Assembly: GCA_000708835.1 (NCBI GenBank)
Contig: DF236968.1
Location: 62,001-126,000, forward strand
Reading direction: 5' to 3'
Source: Klebsormidium nitens
Taxonomy: Eukaryota; Plantae; Klebsormidiophyceae
Length of the DNA stretch: 64,000 nucleotides
Within the stretch, counting starts at the first letter, position 1; each line of letters starts with the position of its first letter. Below the pieces are notes generated by a model. The model was given only the letters and a program-made list of their open reading frames with translations, ran no database searches and had not been told where the DNA came from. The position numbers and the translations under genes are program-made. Positions 1 to 13,238 of this stretch are shown in pieces.

Positions 1-62
1 CTTTGCATGCAGTCCATCTCGGTCGCGTGCACTTTTGCTGTTAATCGACGATCCCTTTGCAG

Positions 63-3000
63 GACGCAACGGTCACTCCCGTCTCTGACGTCACCCAAGC
101 CCTGGCCCTCCTGCGCACCGGCGCCGCCCGCCGTGCCTGCGGCGCGACCCACATGAATGCGCGCTCCTCGCGCTCCTTCGCTGACGTCATCCTGACGGTG
201 GAGAGCATCGAGGGCGGCGGCGGCGTGTGCTGCGGGCGGCTGCACCTCGTGGACCTGGCGGGGAGCGAGCGGCAGGCGCAGACGGGCGCGCAGGGGGGGC
301 GCCTGAAAGAGGTGAGGGGAGGGGGTGTTTCCTGGTCCATGAAGAAGGGTCTGTACGTGGCAGGTCTGCTATGAGAAGTGGGGTAATCACGTGCTACCGG
401 AGATTCTGTTCCATTTTCCAGATTTCCATAAAAAGTTGGATATTTGTCGAGGCACGTTTTGCGGGGGCCGCCTCCTCAAAAGAACTGAGATACATGAATT
501 GATCCTTTGATTACGTACACCCCTCATTTAAGTGCTCTGGTCGAGTGGCTATGCACGAGGAAGCTGGATAACCCTCAGTCGAAATTTTGGTTCGTTTACG
601 ATTGTTGTAGTTTCGCTTCCTCCAGTTGGAACAATGGTTTATCCCTTATCAGTTTCAGTCATCTCGAGGCCTTCACAGCGCCTTAAGCAGGTGACTGGAT
701 ACTGTGAATCCATCTCGACTTGGATGTTCTGTTCCAAACCTGGTAATCGTTGAATTCAGAAGAACACGACCGAGGCTCTCCAAATACTTTCTCGAGACGT
801 AGTGAACATTTCGCTTTCTTGCTGCAGTCGTCGTCCATCAACCTGGCCCTGCTGGCCCTGCGCAAGGTGGTCCACGCGCGCAGCGCCGCGCAGCCGACGC
901 TCGCGCCGTACACCGACAGCAAAGTCACTAAGATCCTCAAGGTGGGTGAGCGTCACCAGTGGTGGGTTAAGAACGGTGCTCACGAGTGAATGATAGAGGA
1001 TCCTCGGTCGAGCGAACGGTCGAGCTCCGACGAATGGATAGCCGCAACGTGTTGTTACTTGATTAGAGATCTCAGGATTGATCTGAGCTTTATCTGAAGA
1101 AGCAACATAAAATGCCGGCTGTAATGAACAACTAGAGAAATGTTGTTCAGAATATCCTCGTGGAGAAATGAGATGCAGGGCTACAAGAGACGCTTCGTTT
1201 CACAGCTTCCTCCTTGAAGCGCCCTTTGAATGGCGATTGCTTGACAGCTTACTGGATTTCTCAAGGTGATGCTCATTTTTGGAGCGACTCATCCCGTTTT
1301 TTCCCCGTAGGACGCCCTTTCCGGCGACGCCGCCCTGCTGGTGGTGTGCTGTTTGAGCGCCTCCCCGGTCAACTACCAGGACTCCCTGGGGACTCTCAAG
1401 TTCGCCGCCAGCTGCCGCAGCCTCACGGCCAAGCCCACCGTCCGGAGGGTCCGTACCGTAGACAGGTGCGTCCATTACGGACATGGACGCTCGGGCCTTG
1501 CTGAAAAGTTTTGTCCTCGACTTGTTGTCATTTTGAATCTTTCTTATTTTCTGAGGTCTTGGTTTTGGAGAGGTGCTTCTCACCGGAAGCCGGCACGGGA
1601 AGCAAGTTCTTGCGGCGTAGTTGAGGTCTGAGCAGATTCGAGAAAACTATGGCGCGAACTTGGTTCCCTGCACGAGTCCAAAAGAAAGGTGGTGATTGTG
1701 TATCTGAAACCCCCTATTCATACTCTAAAAAAGCAGATTGGCCCTTGACTGTGCAGCCGGATCACGGGGCTGTCCGTTGCGGTGGAGCGAGTCCGTGCAG
1801 CGGAACAGGCGGCGGCAGCGGAACGGATGATCCGGCTTGAGAGCAGGGCGGTCGCGCAAGAGCTGGAGCTGCAGGTGACGAGTCGCCCTCTCATATTTCG
1901 TCAGCTTTAAAGTGGGAGTCGGTGTTTGCCTGACGCCACCCGCTAGCTTCGCGAATCCAACGGTTGAATTTCTGCATGACAATCTGGTGGGACTTGACGT
2001 GTGCAATTGGGGTTGTCGATAAGTGGCCGACTTCCTCTGAAAGACCCCGTTCTCTTCTTTCCTTCTACTTGTAGCTCAATCCGACTGAAACGAAGGTACA
2101 GTGCCTTTCGTGGGTTTGACTCCTTTCTAAGGTCCACTTCATGCGTCCGGGCTCAGGTTCTCAAAAGAGTCCCGCGCAAAGGAGACGCTGACAAACCCCT
2201 CCTCTTCCTGCCAGGTTGCAGAAGCCCGGCTGTGTGAGGCGCGCGGCCAGCTGGCCGCGGGCGCGAACCTGGCGCTCGCTGCGCGCGCTGCGTGCGAGGA
2301 ACTGCTGCTGCACTGCGCGGCCGCGGTCGACGAGCTGGTCGCGGGGCAGGGCGCCGCGTCGGAGGCGGCCGCGGGGCTCCTGGCGAGGCACGTGCTGCCG
2401 CAGGTGGGCTCCTGCTCCTTAAAACTTAAAGAGGGCGTCGCAGGACCGGTCCTCCTGACGTCACATGGCGACTGTAGAGCTTGCCCCTCCGCGCTTGTGC
2501 TGCCAGCAGTGGGGCGGTATTAGTCCCCAAGCTCTATCTTGACCGGTGCTGACGTTTCGGGCCGCCCCGGTCATACGCCCTGTTTAAGACCTTCGGTCGA
2601 CGAGTCCGTATTATAGCGAACGCGTGCGGGATTGCGTCCATTTAGGTGGAGATCCTACGAGGATTCCGCGTTTGGGGGTGCTTTGGGTTGCTGAATCTGG
2701 TTTTGAACTCCCTCGACCTTGAAGCTTCTCCATTACTTCAAGCCACCTATGCAGCATTTCAATCTCTTGTCAGCTGGGATGCTTCGTGGTGACTCTGACG
2801 TGTAGGAGCAGATTAGGCATTTTGACAACGGACGTTTCGACAGGGAGACAACGACGGCAGCAAAAATGCTTCATGGCTCCTCTCGCACCCGATCACCAGG
2901 CTGAAAGCACACTTACTTTTTCAATGTAGCGCGATTGTTCTTGACGCAGCGTTGGAGCACGCTCCTGCGCAGCTCATCATAGACAACTTTCACGCGATCA

Positions 3001-6000
3001 GTTTTGCCTGAGAAACCTCAGTTTGACCTCCCCGGTAGCCTTCCGCGCAGCTCCGTTTCTGCAGATTGCGGCTCCAACGACATCAATCCTCTCGACTTGA
3101 CGTCATTCTTTTTTGCCCACAGTCGGAAGTTTCGCCCGAGTCGCCACTCAAAGTGACGTCAATCTACCGTTGAAGTCGAAGTTGGACTTCTGCTAGGGGA
3201 GCCCGCAGATGATCGCTCACGTGGCCCCTCCGTGCTCTTCCGTTTCTGCAAGTCGCTGCTCAATCCGACGTCATTGTCTTGCCTGACCATTCCTGAAGGC
3301 GACGTCACTCCTATTCTCGCAGCTGGACTTCTGCCTGGGCAGCCCCCAGATGACAGCCCACGTGGCTCCTTCCGCGCTGCTCCGCTTTTGCAAGTCGCTG
3401 CTTCAGGTCAACTTCGCGGCTGCCCACAGCGCGGCCGCGCCACTCGCGTCGCTCTTTGACCGCTTGATACCGCCAAAGCTGACGTCACCCCTGCCCAGAC
3501 GCCCGATGACGACGTCACCCTCGTCCCGCCGTGCGAAAGAGAACCCGCTCTCGCCGCAAAGTGCCGACTTTGGGCCTTTGACAGAGGGCTCCGGAAGGGG
3601 TGTTCTAGGGGGGTGTGAGGGACTGCTAGCGCGCACGTGGCCCGGGTTGCTGACGTACTGCGCGAAGCTGGTCCTAGCGGAAGCCTCGGGGGATCCCCCT
3701 CTGCCGCCCTTCGTTCTCGGCAACATGGAGAAAGCTCTGCGGGGCATCGGGCGGGTTCTAGCGGACGAGGAAGTCAAGCGGGTTTCCGGGCCCGGGGAGA
3801 ACGGTTCCGAGGCGCGGGAAGCTCTGGAGGTGTCAGAGCAGGTTTTGGCCGCTCTGAGCGGGGCGGAGAACAGAGCGCTAGGAGCCAGGTTTTCGAACAT
3901 CTTCCGAGCAATCATAAGAGATGGTACGCAGATTCGACGGCAACCGCTTCTCGACCTGGGCAGCCCGGTTGGGTTAGGCAAACCGAGCAGTCCTGGGAGC
4001 TGGCTAACCCCGTCTCGAGCCTGGGTGAGGGCAGAGCCTCCACGGGGGAAGGGTTCGCCTGTTCTAAAAGCAGCGCTATCAGGGGGCGGCCACTTGCTTG
4101 TCCGCGAGATGTCAATTCGTTCCGGCGGAACGTCCCCCGAGAGTGCGTCCGAGACGGAACCGACCGCTGTGAACGGAGCTAATCCGACGAGGGAGCCGGG
4201 CGAAGGAAAGGTGCTTACGTCAGCAGGTACGCAAGGATTGCGACCGGTCAAGACTGCTCAGGGCACTCCAGATTGGGTCGCGAACGATCGCGGGCACGCT
4301 GGGAGAGCTGGGGCTAGGGGGACTGCTTTGGAAGTGGAGAGCGATATCTTATTGGGGGGTGACGCAGACGGGAGCCCGGGCAGTTGGCTGACCCCCGGGT
4401 GCAAAAAGACGGGTGCTTTTGCGAGGAGTTCAAGGCTTCGGGCGGGTGAGGAGCGGAGCTGCTCCGAGGAAGACGCACATACAAGATCGCAGGGAGGAAA
4501 GACACGTGTGGCAGAGGAGTGGAGCAATGGTGGCAACGTTGCGAAGGCCAAGGGGGAGGCTCCGGATAAGGAAATGGTGTCAGATTGCAAGGTCGCATTC
4601 AAAACTCGAAAGAAGGCTAACAACGCCGAAGGCGGGCAGGCGGAGAATCAAGCTTCGGCGGAACCGGAATCGGCGTCTGCACAGGAGACCAGTAACGAAA
4701 AGCACGTAACGGAAGCGAAGAAGACGGAGGAGACGAGCGGAAAAGGAGGGGCTAGAAGTGGCGGCAAAAGCTATCCCCGGGCGCTCATTGCCGGGGAGTG
4801 GCACACCCCCGAGTATATGAAGCCGAAAGGGACGGTCGCCCGCTATGCGAAGACGTGCGAGCGCGCAAGCGTGGGTTTGCGGACGCCCGACGACGCGGCC
4901 GCGGCGTCCAAAGCGATGGCGTCCGTGAAGAAGGTGCTGTTTGCGGAGGTCGGGGACAGGACACGTGGCAGCCGCCCGTTGGAAGCTCGAAGGAGTTCAG
5001 ATTCCGGGGGGGTCTCGGGGCCGGACCCAGATCGGCGGAAACAGTGCGAAAGCGTTGGGATTCCGGTGCCGAGCACTGACAAAAGCGGTGGATCGCCGAT
5101 TTTGCGAGCGCCTGGGTCTGTAGAGAAGCGGCGTTTGGCGACCGTTCTGGTCGGGGAAGTGGAACCGAGGAAGGTGCTGTCGCCTCTGAAGCAGTCCGGA
5201 GCCTGGCCGACGGTCGCGCGGAAAGCCAGCCCGTTTGGCGCTCAATATCTTGGGAAAGGTGGGGCATCGTCTCTCAAGCTGAGTCAGAGCCTTGCTTCGA
5301 CAAAGCTTTGCATTAGAATCTCTCTTTACCCGCAATTTGCTGGGCACTCTGCTCGTTGCGTCTGGCTTGCTTCGAGTCTCTGATCGGACGTGCTTCATAC
5401 ATTTAAAATCTTCTGTGGAGTTCCTGAGTCCCAACGAAGTGTAAGAGTGCGGAATCTTTTCTCGCTTGTGGAAATCAAGCACTTGATAACAGGTTGAGTT
5501 GTCCGAGGTAGAGTCACGTTCTCGTGACGAATTGCTCTCCAGCTGTGCAATGATAACCTGCAATATTTCTCGCCATCTCCTGCGTGTATCTTGCCATTTC
5601 GCCTGCCTTCCTTACAGAATCGTTTGCGAACTAGTGCTAGCTAACGAAAGTTCCTTTTAAATGCAGAGAACGCCCCGGCGAACCTCCAGCCCACCGCTCC
5701 ATTGCCACCCACGTCAGCGCTCAAGCCAGGTGCGCTGACGTCACCCCGGCCATCCTTACTCAAGCAGGCCCTGCTCCGGTCCCCTTCGACTTCCGGACGT
5801 GCCTTCGGACCGCTCGGACCGCTTCCGACGTCCGCAGCGAGGCCCCCGCGAGTCGCTCTCATCAAAGAGGATGCGCAGCGGGTCGGAAGCGCTGCCGTCC
5901 ACGTCAGCACTCCGTATGAACGGAACGGCGGAGCTGGAGGGCGGAATGAGAGCGGAATTGCGTTTGCGCAGCTGCGGGGTCAGCTGCAGTCGCTTCTTGC

Positions 6001-6232
6001 GAGCGGAGAGAAGCGGCGCCCGGAGATGCAATCGAATGAGATTGTGAACTCTGCCGGAGCACAGTCAGCGAAAACGGAGTCAAGTCGAATGGAGTCAAAG
6101 ACCCCGCTTGTTACGAGGACCGAGAGGGCGACGTCCTTCCTGTCTCCGGCACTGCTTTGGACCCCCAGCCAAGGGCCCTCCCCGTCATTAGCCAACCTTC
6201 GAGAACGGCTTGCTGGAATGGCGCGACAGTAG
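63..6232 (+). CDS. Kinesin-family motor protein, 5'-truncated by the window edge: C-terminal half of the motor domain, short coiled coil and long low-complexity tail
   Basis: Spliced exons 63-311, 828-941, 1311-1465, 1757-1874, 2215-2403, 3323-5258 and 5667-6232, all GT-AG with consistent phases. Motor motifs: HMNARSSRS (switch I), LHLVDLAGSER (switch II), SSINLALLALRKVV, PYTDSKVTKILKDAL, SLGTLKFA. The P-loop exon is not in the window. Confidence 0.9.
3010..3500 (+). repeat. Degenerate tandem copies of the 5' ~175 nt of kinesin exon 6 in the preceding intron
   Basis: ttggacttctgctaggggagcccgcagatgatcgctcacgtggcccctccgtgctcttccgtttctgcaagtcgctgct (3182) matches ctggacttctgcctgggcagcccccagatgacagcccacgtggctccttccgcgctgctccgcttttgcaagtcgctgct (3323). 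An older, deleted copy lies at about 3015-3165. Confidence 0.85.
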
Positions 6233-7240
6233 AGGAGACCGATTGGAGAACGATTTGTGTGCTTTTTCGCCAGCGTTTGGCGGACAGGGATTTGTAACAT
6301 AGCGAAGCTCCGATCGACAAGTCACGATTGACGGAGCTGCCCAACGAAACTTATCCTCTTCAACGACAAGCTCAAGTGAGCTGTTGATTGTTTCCAATCT
6401 GCTTGTGTTTGTAACCCTGTAGTGATGACAGATCCCTAGCAGTCAAGTTCTTGTACACTGATGACAACTAGGTGCTCATATCTCTACTACCTCTAGCCCG
6501 TCTCGATGAACCTAAGGTTTCGATTGGATTCTTCACCACGCTGGTGTGACTCAACGCTGACCTGGGATCGCCATGGATTTCCCCTGATAGAGTCTCCAAG
6601 GAGCACCTGAGAATTGAGCCGATCGGTCCCGAGCATACATGGCAGGCAAACCACGAATTTTCCTCCAACCACTCATCGTTGCATCATGACGGATGACTCG
6701 ATGAGTTGATTGTGTACTGCATCGACACGAAGCCACTCACAAAGTTCTTTGAGTCGATCTCAGTTTGTCCTGACATTGCCAGATAGGACATCATGAGATG
6801 CGAAATGCATCCGCGGCCTGTCTAGCTGTCACTCAAATGCGGCATGCTACTCCACGTGCACCTTTTTCTGTGTGGTCTTGAGTACGTGTAAGCAAATCCT
6901 GTCAGAGCAAGTCATTCCTTCCAAGCTTCGCTATGTCCGACTGATGCCCGACTGATGCCCGATCGCTCATGCATGGCCCGCGTGGCAGAGCTTTGGGCCG
7001 CAGCGCGCTGCCAGAGCTGCTTACTACTTCCTGTGCAAGCGCGCGCGTGCGCGACTTTGTTAGGCTGGCATGAGCCTGAGGATGAAAATTGAAATGCTGT
7101 ACACACCAGTTGGCACACAGCATTGTGAGCCTTGCAGCGTAATTGTGGCTCATTTCGTGTTGTAGCAAGGGCCAGGAGACGTTCAGCGTTTTGAAATGCT
7201 AGAATACAGAGAAGATTCGGAAGCCATCAGCTTGAACCCA

Positions 7241-10200
7241 ATGACGCGGAAGAAGAAACAAGGATATGGAGACGCGGCATACTGGGAGCACAGGTGCAGC
7301 TCAGCTCAAAATGCAGAAAGAATTCTCATGTGCTGAGATGTTTCTTGGCCAGATTTTCAATCGAGCTGGGTGATACTTGCATTCTCACCGTCAGTCCTTG
7401 GAGTAAGTCAGATGACCGATGAAATGTGCTTTTCAATCAATTGATGCTTTTAAAATGAGCTGCTTTTTATGGTGGAACAAAGTTTTGCAGGGCAATGGCC
7501 TCTGAGAAGTAGTTTCCCGACTATGCAGGTATCAACATGATGTTGTGCCCTTTGAGTGGTACCAAAAGTACGATGGTCTCAGGGACCTCCTCAAGAAGTA
7601 TATACACGCAACAGCAGACATCCTGATGCTGGGTTGTGGGAACTCTGGTGAGGGGGCTTTTAAGCACACAGTGCCGCACGACCAAACTTCACTGCACAAC
7701 CAATCTTCTTCTGTTCTGCTTGATTTACTACTTAATACCACCATTGGCGCAATAGATATTTTCAGCCTGTGGAACAGCCATCGTTTGATGTTTTGGATCT
7801 TTTGATAGACAGCTGAGGAGCATCAACAACAGCCAACCAGTTTTGTGTGCACCCTTTCTTAGCTGTTCTTGCAGTCAGAGTTTCCTGGCAAAAATGTTCT
7901 TCTGCAACACTGTCTCATAAGCTCTCCTAGGCCTCTATCCTGATAAGCATTGTCTCTGTCTTTGCAGCTTTGAGCGAGGACATGGCGAAGGTGAGTCCAT
8001 TGCAGCGATCTTTACACTATTGAGACTGCCCTGCGCTTTGAAGAACTGTAGCGCCCTATCAGAAGCACAAGACATAAAGCTGCGCTGTATGAAGCTCAAC
8101 GATCCAGATGCTTCTTGATACATGGTGCATGAGTGACAAGGTAGATGGAGCAATGATATGGCGAATTGCTTTCACAAAGGGCTCACCGAGTTCCAGTCTT
8201 GAATGCAGGACGGCTATTATGACATCACCAATGTGGACATCTCTCCTACAGTCATCAAGGCCATGAAGATGAAGCACTTGGATCTCCCACAGCTAAAATG
8301 TATGCTTCCATTCCAGGCTGCTGAGCGACTCTGAAAGCAAAGGAATCAACTTGACAAAGCTGCAGAACCAGACCTGGTCGTGCCGACAGAGTTTGGGATC
8401 CGCTGCAAACCGCATGATGACAGCGTTTGCAAAAATTTCTGCACATATCCCTAGCTTTTTCCTGTGGGATGCTGGTCCTGCCAATGATGACAAAGTCTCC
8501 TCCAGTATATTTTCAGGTTGTATTACAATTTGAAGAGAACGTGAACATGTTGCAAATCTAATCGTTTCTTTGACTTCAAGTACAGGGGTTTGCGCGGACG
8601 CTCGAAGTATGACCATATTCAAGAGCGGCTCACTTGATGCTGTCATTGACAAGGGTAAGTAGATTCCATTGACCAAGGAGGCAGGTTCAACCACAGCCTA
8701 TCACAGTGCGAAATACTGTACTCAGACATGCATACCTCAAGTTGCTTTTGAAACACTCGACACCACTGGAAAAGCCTCCCAAATATTCAGTCAGGTTTGA
8801 CAGCTTAAGACCCTCGTTGTACACAATCGGCCCTGGCCAGGCCCAAAGGAAGTAGCCGTTGGAAAGAGAAAGTAAGAGCCTCGAAGAATTGAGTTCAGAG
8901 GCTGTTGCTTGTGCTGTGTGCAGGGACTCTCGATGCCTTGATGGTAAGTGGTCAGCAGACAAGCTGCTTGGACTTCGCAATTGTGGCTTCCATGCGGTAT
9001 TATGAATGTTGACAGGAAGACCATGAAGGCTGGAGTAGATAATTGGCTGTCATGGAGTTGTCTATCCTGTGGAGACAGGTCTCGAGTTTTCGGAATTTCC
9101 TCTGATTCCGAAGCGCGGACCTGGCAATAGAAGCTCAGGCGCCAAGTGGCAGTACCCGTCTCGAAGCTCGAAAGCTGCTTACAAGCTTACTCGAGTCTCG
9201 ATTTGTTAGTGTGTGTACTTTCCTTCGAATACCACCTTCAAACGAAGTCAACTGCTGCTTGACGCTTTGAGATCCCGTTTGCAGTGCGGCGACGAGGCGA
9301 CAGAAAACGTCAACAGCATGGTCTCTGAGGTCTTCCGGTAGGGGACTTTCTTCGTCTACTTTTTCCCCTTAAAGGAAGCTCGATGTTCAATATTGGCTTG
9401 TCTGTATATACTCTGGATACTCTAGCCCTGTCAAGTATTGAATTGGACGCCTTCCCGACCGGCACGGAAACATCGTGTGGGGATCTGAGCTGCGACAGGA
9501 AGGCATTCGTCAAACTTGCACCGTTGCCAAGTCCCTTTGCTCTCTTCCGCTTGGATGCAAAAAGCGACTTGTACAAGAGAAGTCTTTTGGGACTGAGCTG
9601 AGTGGTTTTCCGGTGCACTTCGACCGTGAAATTGCTTGTTGCTTACCTGAAACCCATGCCTTTCATCGCAGGTTACTACGACCTGGCGGGGTTTACCTCA
9701 TGGTACGTCTTTATCCCGCTGCTTTGAGCTGCTGTGACGGTCGCTCGGATCGTTGCATTCGAAGCTTTCCGTCCTGGCTAAATACTCACCGACTGTGATC
9801 CAATCCTTCCGTTAACCAAATCTCCTTTCTGATGTCGAGAGTCCTTGTTTTGCCTCATCCCACCATGGACAGGTTACGCTGTCAGTCTTTCCCCAAAGTC
9901 TCTGCTACCCACAGCTCAGCCTTAGCGGCTCGATGGCAGCTACCAACGGTGATTGCTTTTATCGGCGCTCGTACATTCTTGTGAAATCTGGTCCAGATAA
10001 CAAGTCCCTTGATGGATGGTCTCCGCAAAAGTTGCTGATCACGTCCCAAAATCGGGGGCGCAGGTGTCGTATGGAGAACCAACAACGCGCATGCCGTATC
10101 TGGGTCCGTCTCGACGAGCATGGTCGACCAGCCTTCACCTCTTACGTAAGTCCATATTTTCGCGCTCGCTGTCAGCTCGCAGGCGCAGCTAAAGAGCCTT

Positions 10201-10827
10201 CTGAGATGTTGAAGAACGCCTCCGTGAATCTTCAATGCACTCCTTTTATTAAGGAACGGATAGCTCGTTCCAGAGGTGCCAGCCAGGCCCGTCCGTTTCA
10301 TCTTACGCGTAGTCTCCGATCTTTAACCCTCTGCTTGCAAGGCTTTGAGTTGGAGTTTGATTCTGTCCGGCACATCTTGCAAGTATGTCGGTGGTTGCGT
10401 CAACCACTTTCAGGAGATTGCGCGAGGGAAACGGATACGGGGCAGCCGAACAGAGGAAAAGCTTCAAGATTTGATCCGCCTCCATCTCTCCATGTTTATC
10501 TCCCTTTTGCTGTGATGGGTGCAAATTGACAATGCGCTGACCAGAGATTCTGTCTCCGCTTTCAGCACGGCCGACTGCCGCTCAGGAGAAGTACTCCTGG
10601 GTGCGTACGCTGGAACCTGTTCCGGTCGGAGAGGACGGAATCCTGCCGCCGCACCTCCATGGCAAGGACGCGGACTTCCATTACGTCTATGCGTGCGTAA
10701 AGGTAGGCCCGAGTTGCGGATCTCCGGTTATCCATCACCTTCTGTACGTGGTCAGCAGAACACAGTGCGTGTCTGAAGGCCGTAAACGAGTTTTGTATTT
10801 CTTCAGATCAGCGTGCAGCGATGGTGA
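7241..10827 (+). CDS. EEF1AKMT4: SAM-dependent methyltransferase, EEF1AKMT4 / METTL13-N-terminal (ECE2-like) family
   Basis: Exons 7241-7293, 7529-7647, 7968-7990, 8209-8299, 8586-8654, 8924-8943, 9285-9337, 9672-9702, 10064-10145 and 10566-10702. The terminal exon is uncertain (10807-10827 or 10954-10986). Motifs YGDAAYWEHRY, FEWYQKY, ILMLGCGNSALSEDM, ITNVDIS, DAVIDKGTLDALMCG, LLRPGGVYLMVSYGEP, FHYVYAC. Confidence 0.88.
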
Positions 10828-13238
10828 TGCTTATATTCCCTTAAACTGGCATTTGTCAACTCCAGAGCGAATAGCCGATATGCGTTGCACAAATATAGCA
10901 TCCTTGGTGTGCTAAAGGAAGAGAATCAAGAGGAGACCTTGCACTTCATGCAGGAGAAACTTAACGTCTTGCTCGATGGGCAGTGACCTTGAGGCTATGC
11001 GAGAACGCCCTGTGCTTGTAAAAGTTAGTGCCTTGCACGGGGTAGGACAAGCTTCTGATTTGGCAGAGGAGTCGTCATAACTGCATGCTAGGTAGACTAG
11101 AATAGACGGCAATGACCTATGTAAAGTATGCGAGGTTAAAAGTTTACGAACGGCCGCGGTGCTTCGCCTCTCGAACCCAAATCTAACTATCAAAACAAGT
11201 GCAACCATATGCAAGTTGCCAGCATGTAATGCAGATAATCGAATCTATTCTAACTGGAGCAGCATACCATATCTTTACCAAGCGCGGCACGTTGGGCCCC
11301 AAGTCGCTTATGCAGCGGAATTGCATAAATCCGGAACAGAGCGGAAAACGGAAATGCTGGTGAAACCCTCCGAAGTTAGTTGCTGAGCTTTTCCATGTGC
11401 CAAACTCGGGTGACGGAGTAGCGCTGAGGCGCATGCGCGTACTAGCTCAAATGAATACGTAGGTGACCGGACCACTGTCCCTGCAATTTGGAGTCCACCC
11501 TAATCGGGAATGCATCTGCAAATTGTACATACAACATGACTGGAACGGTCAACTTTTCAAGAAAGCTAGATCACGTTGTATTTGACGAGACTATTTTCTA
11601 TTGTATACTTTCTGCGGCACATGCGCTGCTCGAACGTACATTCTTTTACGCGCCTGTGCAGGTCGATCTCGCATAGCGTTCTTCATCCAGAAGCATCTTA
11701 CGGACTCTACCTCCCAGGCTTGTTTCCATTTGTGAAAGTCGCAAAAAGTTGGTCGCAGGATGAGGCACTCGGGCGGCTGGTTCTTATGATCGAAGCTCAG
11801 AAACTGAAACGAACTTCTTTGATTGGCCTCCTGAGTCTTCCAACTAAAGAAGCACTGACAACAGTCGTTCCCAGTCGCGAGCGTTACATTGCATGACTTG
11901 CAAGACCGCTGCAGCACAAAGGAGCCCATAGCTACGAACCGTCGATGATCATCTTTATAGATGGTCAGGATCGGCCGATGCCTGCAAACAGTTCTGTATA
12001 AACCCTGCGGCCGCGTTTCGGCCGCGACTCCGGCAGAAGCGGGGCCGGAATCTCATTGCCGGCGCCGGCGCCGGGTGGGGCGTTGCTTCAGATCAGCTGT
12101 GGCATCAAGGTGCATGTGGCTGTACGGAAGCCTGGCAAGGGATCCCGCACTTCCTTGCCAAGTTGCACATGCAAGAGTCATTCCGCTAGGCTAAGGATCG
12201 GTTGTCACGCTTCGACGTTGGTGGCGCCACATCTCCTTTCCAGGCTAGCTTGTCCCAGCTCGTTTGCAGCGCGTCAAGGAACCTCCTTGCCAACAAAAGA
12301 TGGCGTCCAGTCTGACGATTTTGAGGACCTGGAAAATCACCACCCAGCTCCGGCGAGTCGATTGCACATCAACACGGTCTTCGTCATGGGGTCCAGGAGA
12401 AAGGTGCTTTTGTGATGCTTTGCTTAAATTTCAATGTTGAATGACATGAGAACTAGCTCTTCCTGATGATCAAGGAGGAGCAGTTGAAGCTCCTGCGATA
12501 AGTGCAGAACATCCTGTCAGTTGAGAGCACCGCTGCCGTTGGATTGCGTTGCATTCAAACAGTATTTCTTCGTATTTGGGCAGGAGGAGGTGGCTGGTAT
12601 GTAGCCTCATGAATGTCAGTAGCTTTTGAGCAGAGTCAGCATGTATGTGGTGGCAGAATTTGTTGAACCTTGCGTTAAAAGTGCACCCGCTGTTTTGGCA
12701 GTCACCAGCGAGGAGGAATGATTTTGCGACTTGGAAGTGACTTGGTACGTGCTGCTTGCAGTATGGCCAGGCTGATTGCTTCAAAGGTGCCGGTAAGGCA
12801 TCTGACTCCTGACTATAAGGTAAGAAGTCTCTCAAGATTGGGGCCAGCAAGAAAGCAGAAGTTCCTTTGCAGGCGCTTCAAAGCTTTTGTTGGGGGTTTA
12901 GTTGGCTGTTCGCTGTAAGTACTTTCTTGGTTGGGGGGTAATGTCAGCAGGGTCCTGGCCGCTCCCCAAGAAAGGATTTTTCTTTTTGCAGCATTTTTTC
13001 ATGTCCTTGTTTCAATGATCATTGCGAGGATGGGCATGCCTCTTCTGCTTATATAGCAGGAAGGGCGGATCGTCAAGGGTTCAATGTTACGCACAAAATT
13101 CTTACTAAGCAGACTTATTCTCCTCCCTATTCACCATTCGCATACGTCTTTGTAGCCTCGTTGTTCGTTCACTCTCTGAATTGTTGAGCAAACGATGTTG
13201 CTGCGATGAAGGGTACCTTTGCTTGAGAAGGTAATGTC

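Noticed and set aside
2476-2575. Two adjacent hairpins in a kinesin intron (tagagcttg/caagctcta; gaccgg/ccggtc) with an ACA nearby on the minus strand, suggesting an H/ACA snoRNA or tRNA-like RNA
   Set aside because: There is no proper ANANNA H box, the orientation is antisense to the host, and there is no cloverleaf. Inverted repeats of 9 bp at this spacing are expected several times per 64 kb by chance.
11961-12918. Overlapping ORFs of 66-126 aa on both strands
   Set aside because: No recognisable motif and no consistent splice model; they may be a decayed gene or TE, but I cannot support a call.
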